Positions 10,140-18,689 of a DNA stretch of 64,000 bases are shown piece after piece; positions within the stretch are counted from its first letter, which is position 1; the number at the start of each line of letters is the position of its first letter. A program made the translations under genes and the position numbers. The stretch lies in the NCBI GenBank assembly GCA_964449195.1, contig CAYUYL010000001.1, positions 289 to 64,288 on the forward strand, in the 5' to 3' direction. Under the pieces are notes generated by a model. It ran no database searches. It saw only the letters and a program-made list of their open reading frames with translations, and was not told the DNA's origin. Source of the stretch: an uncultured Filomicrobium sp. GTDB taxonomy: Bacteria; Pseudomonadota; Alphaproteobacteria; Rhizobiales; Hyphomicrobiaceae.

Positions 10140-10260
10140 TACAACCCAACTTACGCATCATTGAATTTAATGATGCTGCACAATGCAGAACAGAACAGCT
10201 GTATATGATGCACGTGTGAGCGGATGACTTCATTTGCCCACACCGCATCCCGTAGTGGCA

Positions 10261-11475
10261 TCAACTTCGGCGTGGAAAAAGGCGCGCATCCTGTGGTGTC
10301 GGATCGGCTGGTAATTTGGCCCTTTCAGCTTCATCAATGGCTTCTGCAATCAGCGCATCAAGCAGATCGGCAAACAGCAACGGCTGTTCACCGAAAGCCT
10401 CCCAGAGAAAATAACCAAAAGACCCGGGGCAAGGATTGACCTCATTCAGCCAGACCTCACCCGTTGCCTCGTTCCCGATAAAGTCAATCCGTGGCGCACC
10501 GCTGCCACCAACTGTCTCGAAGGCAATCTCAGCCCATGTCCGAATCTGATCCTCACGGCCATCTGGCAGTTGCGGATTAAGCTCACGCGTCAACGACAGC
10601 ATACCCTGGCTTGCTGACTGCCCCGGCGCTTTGCTGCCGCCGTTTTTCTTCACACCACCTGACAAATACTTTTGTTTGAAGTCAAGAAGTTCACTCGAAC
10701 GCTTCGGCCTTTCGATGGCGGACGTACGTACACCGCCAAAAGCTTTAGCAACGGCGATATTATATTCCACCATATTATCAACAAACGGTTCCAAAATCGC
10801 AGCTGTATCGTATTTGAAGATCTCAGGCAACACATCTGAGATCTCCTGCAGGCTTTCTGCACGTGCTACGCCGATACTGCTGCCAAGATGGCTTGGCTTC
10901 ACACACCAAGGGCCGGAAAAATCGCCAATGCATTCTGCTAACTCTGCCTCGGTAAGAAGCAGGCCTTCCAGCGGACGGCGAATTTCCCGATATGGCAGCA
11001 CAGGAATGTCCGTGCTGCCCAAAATACGTTTAGTCGCAACTTTGTCCATCAGCACCGCCGATGCCATTGTCCGCATGCCCGTGTAGGGAATGCCGGCCGC
11101 TTCAAAGGTCCCCTGGATTTGACCATCTTCACCGATCAGACCGTGAAATGCCGGCAGGGCTATATCAAACTCAAATTCAGCCGGACGGCGTAAAAGTGAT
11201 GCATGACGCCCAATCAGAGCTGCCCTGCCCGATGCCGTCATATCGAGTGTCACCTGCGTCAGCTGCGCGAATTGATCAGGCCCTGGCAGATATGTCTCAC
11301 GATCGCGCAAGCCATCACCACACCACCATGACCCGTTGGTGGCTAGGTAAACCGGCAGCACATCATAGACATCTGGGTCGAGGGCCGCCATGACCTGCTG
11401 CGCGGTTACCACGCTGACGTCATGCTCGGGCGAACGCCCACCGAAGAAAACTGCAATTGTTTTTTTGCCTGCCAT
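10261..11475 (-). CDS. D-alanine--D-alanine ligase family ATP-grasp protein (long form, 404 aa)
   Basis: N-terminal IAVFFGGRSPEHDVSVVTA. ATP-grasp core VKPSHLGSSIGV... and RIDFIG...WLNEVNPCPG. It has an extended Gly/Ser/Lys-rich insert after the KY motif. Confidence 0.85.
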   Translation of the reverse strand: MAGKKTIAVFFGGRSPEHDVSVVTAQQVMAALDPDVYDVLPVYLATNGSWWCGDGLRDRETYLPGPDQFAQLTQVTLDMTASGRAALIGRHASLLRRPAEFEFDIALPAFHGLIGEDGQIQGTFEAAGIPYTGMRTMASAVLMDKVATKRILGSTDIPVLPYREIRRPLEGLLLTEAELAECIGDFSGPWCVKPSHLGSSIGVARAESLQEISDVLPEIFKYDTAAILEPFVDNMVEYNIAVAKAFGGVRTSAIERPKRSSELLDFKQKYLSGGVKKNGGSKAPGQSASQGMLSLTRELNPQLPDGREDQIRTWAEIAFETVGGSGAPRIDFIGNEATGEVWLNEVNPCPGSFGYFLWEAFGEQPLLFADLLDALIAEAIDEAERAKLPADPTPQDARLFPRRS

Positions 11476-11693
11476 ACCTGCCTGCTGTCTGTTTGCTTCG
11501 TACGGTTTACACGTTAGCTCTGTTGATATTTAACATGTGACAAACGTCAATAGACCTTGGATCTTTTTAACATTCATCGTGCGAGAGCTGGTGAGCGGAA
11601 ATTACCAAGCCATTCATGCATTCCACAAGACAAAAGCGAGCCTGCAGCAATTGTAAGCTTGCATGAATGCGCCGTAGACGGGATAAGGCCATC

Positions 11694-12488
11694 ATGCAAC
11701 TCGAAAATTACGACATCACGCAATTTGCGCACGATACACAGGCTGGGCCACAGACAGGCAGCCAATGGCGCTTTGTATGGGGACACGGCTGGGGACAGAA
11801 CCGGCACGCGATGGCTGGTTTGGCGCAGTCGCTGGCATCACTTGGCAGCCATGTCCTCTTCGACTTTCCAGGATTTGGGGAATCTCCTACACCCGATACC
11901 CCGTGGACAACAGCCGACTACGCTGATCTTGTGGCTTTGTATCTTAATGCAAATCTGCATGCCGGGCCAACCGTCTGGCTCGGCCATTCCTTCGGCGGCC
12001 GTGTCGGCATTCAGCTTGCCGCACGCCATCCTGAACTTGTTGACAAACTCGTACTCATTGCCGCAGCCGGACTGCCACGCCAACGCTCTTTGATTGATGG
12101 TGCGAGGGTCAAATCCAAAATCTACACATTCAAGGCGCTCAAGCATCTCGCGCCTGTTCTTAAACTCGATGTTGACAAACTACGTAGCCGGTTCGGCAGT
12201 ACTGATTACAAAAGTGCCGGCGACATGCGCGAAATCCTTGCCAACGTTGTGCGGGAAGATCTCAGTGACGCCGCGAAGCAAATCACCTGCCCAACACGCC
12301 TGATCTACGGTGAAAAGGATTCTGAAACGCCCCCGGAAATTGGAGAGCGCCTCGCCAAATTTATCATCAACGCCGACTTGAGCGTTCTTCCCGGCCAGGA
12401 TCATTACTCACTTCTCGGAGAAGGCCGGCATCAAGTTGCCAAGCGCATTCGCGATTTCCTCGCACATGGTGAGAAGCAGGCGGTATAA
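11694..12488 (+). CDS. alpha/beta-fold hydrolase
   Basis: ORF 11667..12488. The likely start is MQLENYD at 11694. It has the nucleophile elbow WLGHSFGG (G-x-S-x-G), a late D (GEKDSETP) and H (GQDHYSL). Confidence 0.8.
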   Translation: MQLENYDITQFAHDTQAGPQTGSQWRFVWGHGWGQNRHAMAGLAQSLASLGSHVLFDFPGFGESPTPDTPWTTADYADLVALYLNANLHAGPTVWLGHSFGGRVGIQLAARHPELVDKLVLIAAAGLPRQRSLIDGARVKSKIYTFKALKHLAPVLKLDVDKLRSRFGSTDYKSAGDMREILANVVREDLSDAAKQITCPTRLIYGEKDSETPPEIGERLAKFIINADLSVLPGQDHYSLLGEGRHQVAKRIRDFLAHGEKQAV

Positions 12489-12503
12489 ACCGGAGCCCAG
12501 TCT

Positions 12504-14105
12504 ATGGCCGAATTCCTATCCCTCGCTGCATTCGCAGCTTTTGCTTTTTTCTGCCTGCGCAGGATGCTGCGCTATTTGCACATCTTCCAGCAGGATGAAT
12601 ATGACGGCGCACGTTTCCTGCTGTGGCTGATCCAAAAAATGGCCTTTGACAAACGCATCTCTGCAGGCTTGATCCTGCTTGCTATATTCATGTTCATCAT
12701 GAAAAACGCGGTTTTTGTTTCCGCCCCTCTGGAAACAGGTTTAATTGCGCTCTTATTTACGATAGCCGGGTTCTTGGAAGCGGACCCTCGTAAAGCCGCC
12801 AAAAAGAAACTTGTGCTCACCAACCGCGCAAAGCGCATTTTCGCCACCGGCTCAGCCTTGGCGTTAGCCGCAGGTCTTATAGCGGCAATTACGGGCGGCA
12901 GCCTTGCGTGGCTTATCGCCGTGCAGGTCGTTCCGTTCGCCATGGTGATCGGCAACCGGCCTCTACAACCATTTGAAACCCGTATTCAAAAAGGATTTCA
13001 GATCGCTGCTGAAAAACGGTTGAGTGAGGTGAACCCCTGGATCATCGGCATTACAGGCTCCTTTGGCAAAACGTCGGTCAAACATATTCTCGGCCATGTT
13101 CTGCAAATGAATACAAATGCACTGTTTACCCCCGGCAGTGTGAATACCGTGATGGGGATCTCCCGCATTATCAACGAACGCCTGGCCAGCAACTGCCGCT
13201 ATTTCCTGGTTGAAATGGGCGCCTATGGCATCGGCTCCATAGCCCGTCTATGTGCGTTTACGCCACCGCACCACGGGATTATCACGTCCATCGGCGAAGC
13301 CCATTATGAGCGCTTCAAAGATCTTGAAACGGTTGCCAAGGCAAAGTTTGAACTGGCTGAAGCCGTCAGCGCTCACCGTGGCAAAGTCGTCATCGCCGAA
13401 AGCGTTCTGGACCGGGCATACGCGCGCGAGTTTGTCGAGCAAAACCGGGCCATGTTCATCCTTGTGGGCCAGGGGAATATGGCTGATGTCCAAATCTTAT
13501 CGCTGGAGCAGACAGCAGAAGGACTGCATGTCAACGTCAGGCAAGGCAACCATGAACATACACTTTTTGCGCCGCTCTACGGCTTGCATCACGGCCGCAA
13601 TATGGCGCTGGCTTATGCGCTGAGCTCTAACCTTGGTTTCACACCCGATCGCATTATTCAGGCCATGCGCACGACCCCACAAATTGCACATCGCCTTGAA
13701 GTTAAACAGCATCCCACCGGCGCTACATATATTGATGACGCATATAATGCCAATCCTGCCGGGATTTCAGGCGGCCTCGATCTTTTGCAAACCTTGCGTA
13801 AAGACGGCGGCAGACGTGTGTTCGTGACGCCAGGCGTTGTTGAGCTTGGCACAAGACACGATGAGATTCACCGTGAACTCGGGGCCAAGGCGGCACACAG
13901 CACAGATATTACGATTGCCGTGCGGCCGGATCGTATTACAGCGTTTGTCGAAGGTTTCAAAACTGCTGGCGGGAGAGGCGAACTGCTGACATTCAACCAG
14001 TTTTCAGAGGCGCAGAAATGGATCAATGAAAACCTGCAATCCAATGATGTTCTGCTGATCGCCAATGATCTGCCGGATTTACTGGAGCGCACATTCGTGA
14101 GTTAG
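12504..14105 (+). CDS. Mur ligase family protein, MurF-like, with an N-terminal polytopic membrane domain
   Basis: Residues 1 to about 165 are hydrophobic (about 4-5 predicted TM helices). Then come the Mur-ligase P-loop IGITGSFGKTSVKH, the central domain, and the MurF-like DDAYNANPAG C-terminal domain. Confidence 0.85.
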   Translation: MAEFLSLAAFAAFAFFCLRRMLRYLHIFQQDEYDGARFLLWLIQKMAFDKRISAGLILLAIFMFIMKNAVFVSAPLETGLIALLFTIAGFLEADPRKAAKKKLVLTNRAKRIFATGSALALAAGLIAAITGGSLAWLIAVQVVPFAMVIGNRPLQPFETRIQKGFQIAAEKRLSEVNPWIIGITGSFGKTSVKHILGHVLQMNTNALFTPGSVNTVMGISRIINERLASNCRYFLVEMGAYGIGSIARLCAFTPPHHGIITSIGEAHYERFKDLETVAKAKFELAEAVSAHRGKVVIAESVLDRAYAREFVEQNRAMFILVGQGNMADVQILSLEQTAEGLHVNVRQGNHEHTLFAPLYGLHHGRNMALAYALSSNLGFTPDRIIQAMRTTPQIAHRLEVKQHPTGATYIDDAYNANPAGISGGLDLLQTLRKDGGRRVFVTPGVVELGTRHDEIHRELGAKAAHSTDITIAVRPDRITAFVEGFKTAGGRGELLTFNQFSEAQKWINENLQSNDVLLIANDLPDLLERTFVS

Positions 14106-14135
14106 GCCCCTTGATCTCAATCGAGCTGGAATTGC

Positions 14136-14645
14136 ATGAGCCAGGATCAACATCACTATAAAACTGCTGAAGACAGCCGCCCCTCATCCAGACCGACACG
14201 CGTGCCTTGGCCGCCACTTCTGCTTGCAGGCGCCATAGCAGGGGCAATCATACTGCAAGAACTACTGCCGATGAACTGGCCAGGGCTTGACGATACGCCG
14301 TCGCGCATCGTTGGACTTGGCATTGGCCTTGCGGGCATCCTGCTGATATCGTGGGCTGCTTATTATCTATGCCGTGCCGGCACCACCATTCTTCCGCACA
14401 AAGGCGCAAATACACTTGTGACCGGCGGGCCTTTCACCCGCTTCCGCAACCCAATCTATTTGGGAGACGTCATGATTTTGCTCGGCACAGCCGAACTCAC
14501 TAAAAATATTTGGTTTGTTGCAGCCGCCGCCGTTTTCGCCATCATCGTGACATTTCTTGCTATTCTACCGGAAGAGCATCACTTGGCAGAAAAGTTTGGA
14601 AATGAATATAAAGCCTATAAAGCCCGTAGCCGCCGATGGATTTAG
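14136..14645 (+). CDS. ICMT/PEMT-like membrane methyltransferase family protein
   Basis: Four hydrophobic segments and the GGPFTRFRNPIYLGD...LPEEHHLAEKFGNEY signature of isoprenylcysteine carboxyl / phospholipid methyltransferase-like proteins. It starts 31 nt after the Mur ligase stop. Confidence 0.8.
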   Translation: MSQDQHHYKTAEDSRPSSRPTRVPWPPLLLAGAIAGAIILQELLPMNWPGLDDTPSRIVGLGIGLAGILLISWAAYYLCRAGTTILPHKGANTLVTGGPFTRFRNPIYLGDVMILLGTAELTKNIWFVAAAAVFAIIVTFLAILPEEHHLAEKFGNEYKAYKARSRRWI

Positions 14646-14804
14646 GACGTACCTTCGGCGCCGCGTGGCAACTGGCGGCACGGCCCGAGAAAAAAACAGC
14701 ATAATATTTTGCAGTTTCAAATCATCCGACCGGGAAAGCGCCCTATTTCACCTTATCTTAGGCCTGTAACAACCGGGAAGATCCCAGGTAAAGGTAAATT
14801 AATT

Positions 14805-16157
14805 ATGGGCATTTTCTTGCAAAAGCAGCAACGATTATTAGCTTCGATTATAATTTTGGCCTCAGGGCTTTTAGTATCACCTGCGCAAGCACAAATCAGC
14901 TATACGGATCAAATTGCAGAATGGCTTGGTACGCATAATACTGGCGAGGTGAGCGGGCAAACACAGTCCACCACCTCAAATGGCTCGGCCGCAAACGCAC
15001 CAGCCACGGGCAGCCTGCCTGCTCAGCCAAAAGACACTGATCCGCGTGCTGGCGATAAAAATTACGAACAAGCCAAGCGGCTGATGAAAGCTATCGATGC
15101 TATTCTGTCCAAGACGGCAAAGGAGCGTACAGCCGCTCAAAAACTGCCATCTAAAAAGGAATTTATGCTCCCGCCCCTTTGGACGGAGACCAAAGAGGAC
15201 CGTGAGACACATATTCGAGATTTACTGGATTCTGCTCTGGGCATCGTGTCTGATGTGCCGGTTGTGGATTTGCAGAAACGCATTGAACAACGCCGCAAAA
15301 CAATTCGCGAACTTGAAGACCTGATCGCTCAGTGGCGTGAAAAGCAGCTTAGCGCACCACAAAGTTCGATTATGCCGGGTGTCGTCGCTGACACCGTCTC
15401 CAGCCTCGGCCAACAGATTATCGATGCAGAAAAACGCATAACCAAGAATCAAGAAGACATTAAAGCAACCAAAGGTGAAATTCGGTCTGCGCTGAAGAAA
15501 TCAGGTATTGAGCTATCCAGTGATCAGGTCGACCTGCTGATTGGCGGTGTTCTGTCCAGCGACCTGGTCCGTCTCGTGGCGGCGTTCAATTCGGCCAAGC
15601 TAATTGATCAGCAGCTTGGTGATCGCATGGCTGCGAGCGGTGAGAACATCAAGGCCGCGCGTAAATACTTTGCCATGCATGCAGCACTGTTTGCCATGCT
15701 TGTGCATGCGCAAGACACCGTTATTGAGAAAATCGACAAGCAGTATCTTCCCAAATTGAAAGCGATTACAAAGGATTTGCGTAAAGCACGCAAACAAACA
15801 AAGCAACTGCTTCGGCACAAAAACCGCCCGGACCAGAAGCGTATTTTAGAATCAAACCTACGCAGCCAGGACATGGCGCAACGCGCAGCACAACGCTATC
15901 GCAATTACCTGCTGCAGCAGCGCGAACAGATTGCTGTGGCGCGCAAACGCTCCGCACATGATTTATCAATTGCTGACAACACCTATTCGACCGTTGAGGT
16001 CAGCTTTCAGTTGCGCAATCTGATGAAAAGCACACAGTCAACCTTTGAAGCTCTGCAACGTATGGATTCGCCCACATTCGAGCAGATCTTCAAAAACGAA
16101 GAATTACGCCGGGAATTCGAAAACCTAACCAAAAAGCTTGAGGTGCCAACAAGTTGA
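14805..16157 (+). CDS. hypothetical secreted coiled-coil protein
   Basis: ORF 14709..16157. The likely start is MGIFLQKQQRLLASIIILASGLLVSPAQAQ at 14805 (signal peptide). The rest is Lys/Glu/Gln/Arg-rich and helical. No enzymatic motif was recognised. Confidence 0.65.
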   Translation: MGIFLQKQQRLLASIIILASGLLVSPAQAQISYTDQIAEWLGTHNTGEVSGQTQSTTSNGSAANAPATGSLPAQPKDTDPRAGDKNYEQAKRLMKAIDAILSKTAKERTAAQKLPSKKEFMLPPLWTETKEDRETHIRDLLDSALGIVSDVPVVDLQKRIEQRRKTIRELEDLIAQWREKQLSAPQSSIMPGVVADTVSSLGQQIIDAEKRITKNQEDIKATKGEIRSALKKSGIELSSDQVDLLIGGVLSSDLVRLVAAFNSAKLIDQQLGDRMAASGENIKAARKYFAMHAALFAMLVHAQDTVIEKIDKQYLPKLKAITKDLRKARKQTKQLLRHKNRPDQKRILESNLRSQDMAQRAAQRYRNYLLQQREQIAVARKRSAHDLSIADNTYSTVEVSFQLRNLMKSTQSTFEALQRMDSPTFEQIFKNEELRREFENLTKKLEVPTS

Positions 16158-16212
16158 GTATGAGGTTTGCCGAACGCAGACAAACGACATCGCAGCTACT
16201 CAGAAAGATCTT

Positions 16213-16830
16213 TTATTGCGATGCCGCCGCAATTTCGCGAAGGTCTTTAAAATGAGCCCTTAAATATTTTCCGGGACAACTTGTGGCAGCATGATCGTTG
16301 TGAGCAGTAATCTTGTGAACAGGGATTTTATGCTTTTTGACCAGCCACACAACAAGACGATGAAGCGACGCTAACTGCCGTGCATTCGGCTTTTCGATTT
16401 CAAAATTACCTTCGAGTACGATTTGAAGGCGATTACGCGTGTCGTACCTGGTATTCGTATTGCCTGCAAAATTAACATTCAAGCCTTCCGCAATGCGGCC
16501 GCTCACACCAATGTAAAAGTGATAGGGAACATCCCCCCACGCCGGCTTGATACGGCTGCCAACTTTTCCGGTACGCTGCGAAAAAGACTGTAACCCGCGC
16601 ATTTTGCGTTCCAAAGACACCCCTGGCTGCTGCCGGACAGATGTATGATGGATAATAATTTCTCGTGGCACCTGCCGTCTTAACAGGTCTGCTCTAGCCG
16701 GTTTTGCCTTCCAATCATTACGCGACATAAGATCAGGCTGAGCAAGCACCATTCCATACGAAAAAATCAAGCATAGCACGCCAATCAACGCCAAAGCCCC
16801 ACGACGGCATAAGCAGCATCGCACCACCAC
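16213..16830 (-). CDS. N-acetylmuramoyl-L-alanine amidase (Amidase_2/PGRP fold), secreted
   Basis: N-terminal hydrophobic signal. IIIHHTS..., WGDVPYHFYIG, AHNDHAATSCPG motifs of the zinc amidase_2 family. Confidence 0.85.
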   Translation of the reverse strand: MVVRCCLCRRGALALIGVLCLIFSYGMVLAQPDLMSRNDWKAKPARADLLRRQVPREIIIHHTSVRQQPGVSLERKMRGLQSFSQRTGKVGSRIKPAWGDVPYHFYIGVSGRIAEGLNVNFAGNTNTRYDTRNRLQIVLEGNFEIEKPNARQLASLHRLVVWLVKKHKIPVHKITAHNDHAATSCPGKYLRAHFKDLREIAAASQ

Positions 16831-16913
16831 TGTCTCCTTTGTATATATACACGCCCAATCTGCGCAACCTGGAATTCGCAGCGCAAAGAAGGGCGGAAAA
16901 TGACGTCAGGTTT

Positions 16914-17297
16914 TCAGCAAGAGCTTTTTGCGTAAGCCGACGAAGAAATGCCGGCCCGTCGCATGTTTCGTGCTGTTGCCATCGCTGCCCCCCGGGATTT
17001 AGGTCCAGATACCGCGCAAAAATATCCCGGCGCAAAGTTTGGATACTCAGAACTGCTCGTATCGACGACATAACCTTCGCCCCAACGATTGACAGCACGC
17101 TGAGCCTTTCTGAACGTCGTCGAACAAACAGAGATTGCAAACCAGCCACACACCTGAGCAACTTGCGTCGAACCTGCAGAACCTGAATGTTTTGTGCTCA
17201 CATTGGTTGCTCCTGAGGGTTGGTATGTTGCATGCGCCGATGCAGACAACATGGCAACAAACAAAGCACCGCCAACAACAATTGCACGAATAGACAT
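16914..17297 (-). CDS. small secreted protein, possibly SPOR-like fold
   Basis: Signal peptide MSIRAIVVGGALFVAMLSASAHA. The C-terminal roughly 75 aa (WFAISVCSTTFRKAQRAVNRW...YFCAVSGPKSRGAAMATARNMRRAG) follows the beta-alpha-beta-beta pattern of SPOR repeats. This assignment is weak. Confidence 0.5.
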   Translation of the reverse strand: MSIRAIVVGGALFVAMLSASAHATYQPSGATNVSTKHSGSAGSTQVAQVCGWFAISVCSTTFRKAQRAVNRWGEGYVVDTSSSEYPNFAPGYFCAVSGPKSRGAAMATARNMRRAGISSSAYAKSSC

Positions 17298-17473
17298 GAG
17301 CCGCTCCCACCCAAAACCAACACTATGTTAGGTAGCCATAAGATAAGAAGTTGCGCAATCCAGTGCCGACATTTGCGACCAGACGCTGAATGGGTGTGCC
17401 ATGATGGCTGCACCAAAAACCCCGCGCTGCATATGGCGTGGGCTGCGATAAAGCTCGTTGGTTACAACTGATA

Positions 17474-18484
17474 TTAAATGTTTCTTACCGCTGCGGTTCG
17501 CGAAAAACTGTTGTTTTTCGATTCATGCATCAATTCTATGGCCTGTCTCAGAACCTCAATCTTCCCATCCCTGGCGTTTTCAGTGACATGACGCCGAAAG
17601 GCCCGGGCACCAGGCTGGTCATGGAAAAGTCCAAGCATATGGCGGGTTACATCTTGAAGCCGCCCACCACCATCGATGTGCTCCTGCGCATAATCGAGCA
17701 TCGCCTCAACCACCGCTTCACGCGAACGGGGAATGCCCGCCTTGGAGAAATACCGCTGGTCGACTTCGGCCAGCAGATATGGCGTGTGATAAACTGCCCG
17801 GCCAAGCATGACACCATCAACACGGTTCAAATGCGCTGTAACCGCATCATGATCGCCAATTCCACCGTTGATCACAATGTTCAGATCAGGCCTTGCAGCC
17901 TTAAGCCGATAAACACGATCGTAATCAAGCGGCGGAATATCGCGATTTTCTTTCGGGCTCAACCCCTTCAGCCAAGCCTTACGCGCGTGCACGATAAAAA
18001 CCCTACAGCCGGCACAGGCAACCACATCAATGAAACGGGCAAAATCCTCTTCGCCATTCTGATCATCAATACCGATACGGCATTTAACGGTCACAGGGAT
18101 GTCAACGGCCGCCTGCATGGCGGCGACACAGGCACTAACCAACTCCGGCTCGGCCATCAAGCACGCGCCAAAGCGGCCAGACTGTACACGATCCGAAGGG
18201 CAGCCAACATTGAGGTTGATCTCATCATATCCCGCATCCGCGCCAATCCGCGCGGCCTCAGCAAGGCGTTCTGGTTTCGAGCCACCAAGTTGTAGAGCCA
18301 CAGAATGCTCAGCTTCCGAGAAACCAAGCAGGCGCTTACGATCACCATGAAGCACAGCATCCGCTGTCAACATTTCAGTGTAAAGCAAGGCGTGCTGCGA
18401 CAATTGCCGATAAAAAAAACGGCAATGACGATCCGTCCAATCCATCATCGGTGCAACGCAGAATTTATGTGATTGATATTGCAT
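17474..18484 (-). CDS. dusA: tRNA dihydrouridine(20/20a) synthase
   Basis: FCVAPMMDWTDRHCRFFYR, TIM-barrel FMN motifs, and the catalytic Cys in INLNVGCPSDRV. The likely start is MQYQSH at 18484 inside ORF 17474..18547. Confidence 0.9.
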   Translation of the reverse strand: MQYQSHKFCVAPMMDWTDRHCRFFYRQLSQHALLYTEMLTADAVLHGDRKRLLGFSEAEHSVALQLGGSKPERLAEAARIGADAGYDEINLNVGCPSDRVQSGRFGACLMAEPELVSACVAAMQAAVDIPVTVKCRIGIDDQNGEEDFARFIDVVACAGCRVFIVHARKAWLKGLSPKENRDIPPLDYDRVYRLKAARPDLNIVINGGIGDHDAVTAHLNRVDGVMLGRAVYHTPYLLAEVDQRYFSKAGIPRSREAVVEAMLDYAQEHIDGGGRLQDVTRHMLGLFHDQPGARAFRRHVTENARDGKIEVLRQAIELMHESKNNSFSRTAAVRNI

Positions 18485-18689
18485 ATTTTTATACTTAGCC
18501 GATGACGCGCGCAGAAGCTGTGTGCCATAAAGCCGGGTGACATCCACATATTATGGATATTCTGCCGCGAGTCATATCTGACACATAAAAGAATATGTTT
18601 GAGACTGCTGACCTGCTTTTAGTAAAATTTTTGTGATGTTGTGCGAAAGTTCTGTTGGAACGGCTGAGGTTGCGCTTATATGTCTTACT

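Noticed and set aside
10155-10188. Hairpins GCATCATT-N6-AATGATGC and CTGCA-CAA-TGCAG as a bidirectional terminator between ETF-QO and the Ddl-like gene
   Set aside because: The stems are short and AT-rich with no U-tract on either strand. It is plausible but too weak to annotate.
11557-12093. 178-aa plus-strand ORF overlapping the alpha/beta hydrolase in another frame
   Set aside because: The hydrolase frame carries the GHSFGG nucleophile elbow. This frame has no motifs and a Ser/Arg/His-rich composition.
17438-18295. 285-aa plus-strand ORF
   Set aside because: It lies antisense to dusA, whose motifs are unambiguous. No SD or domain was found.
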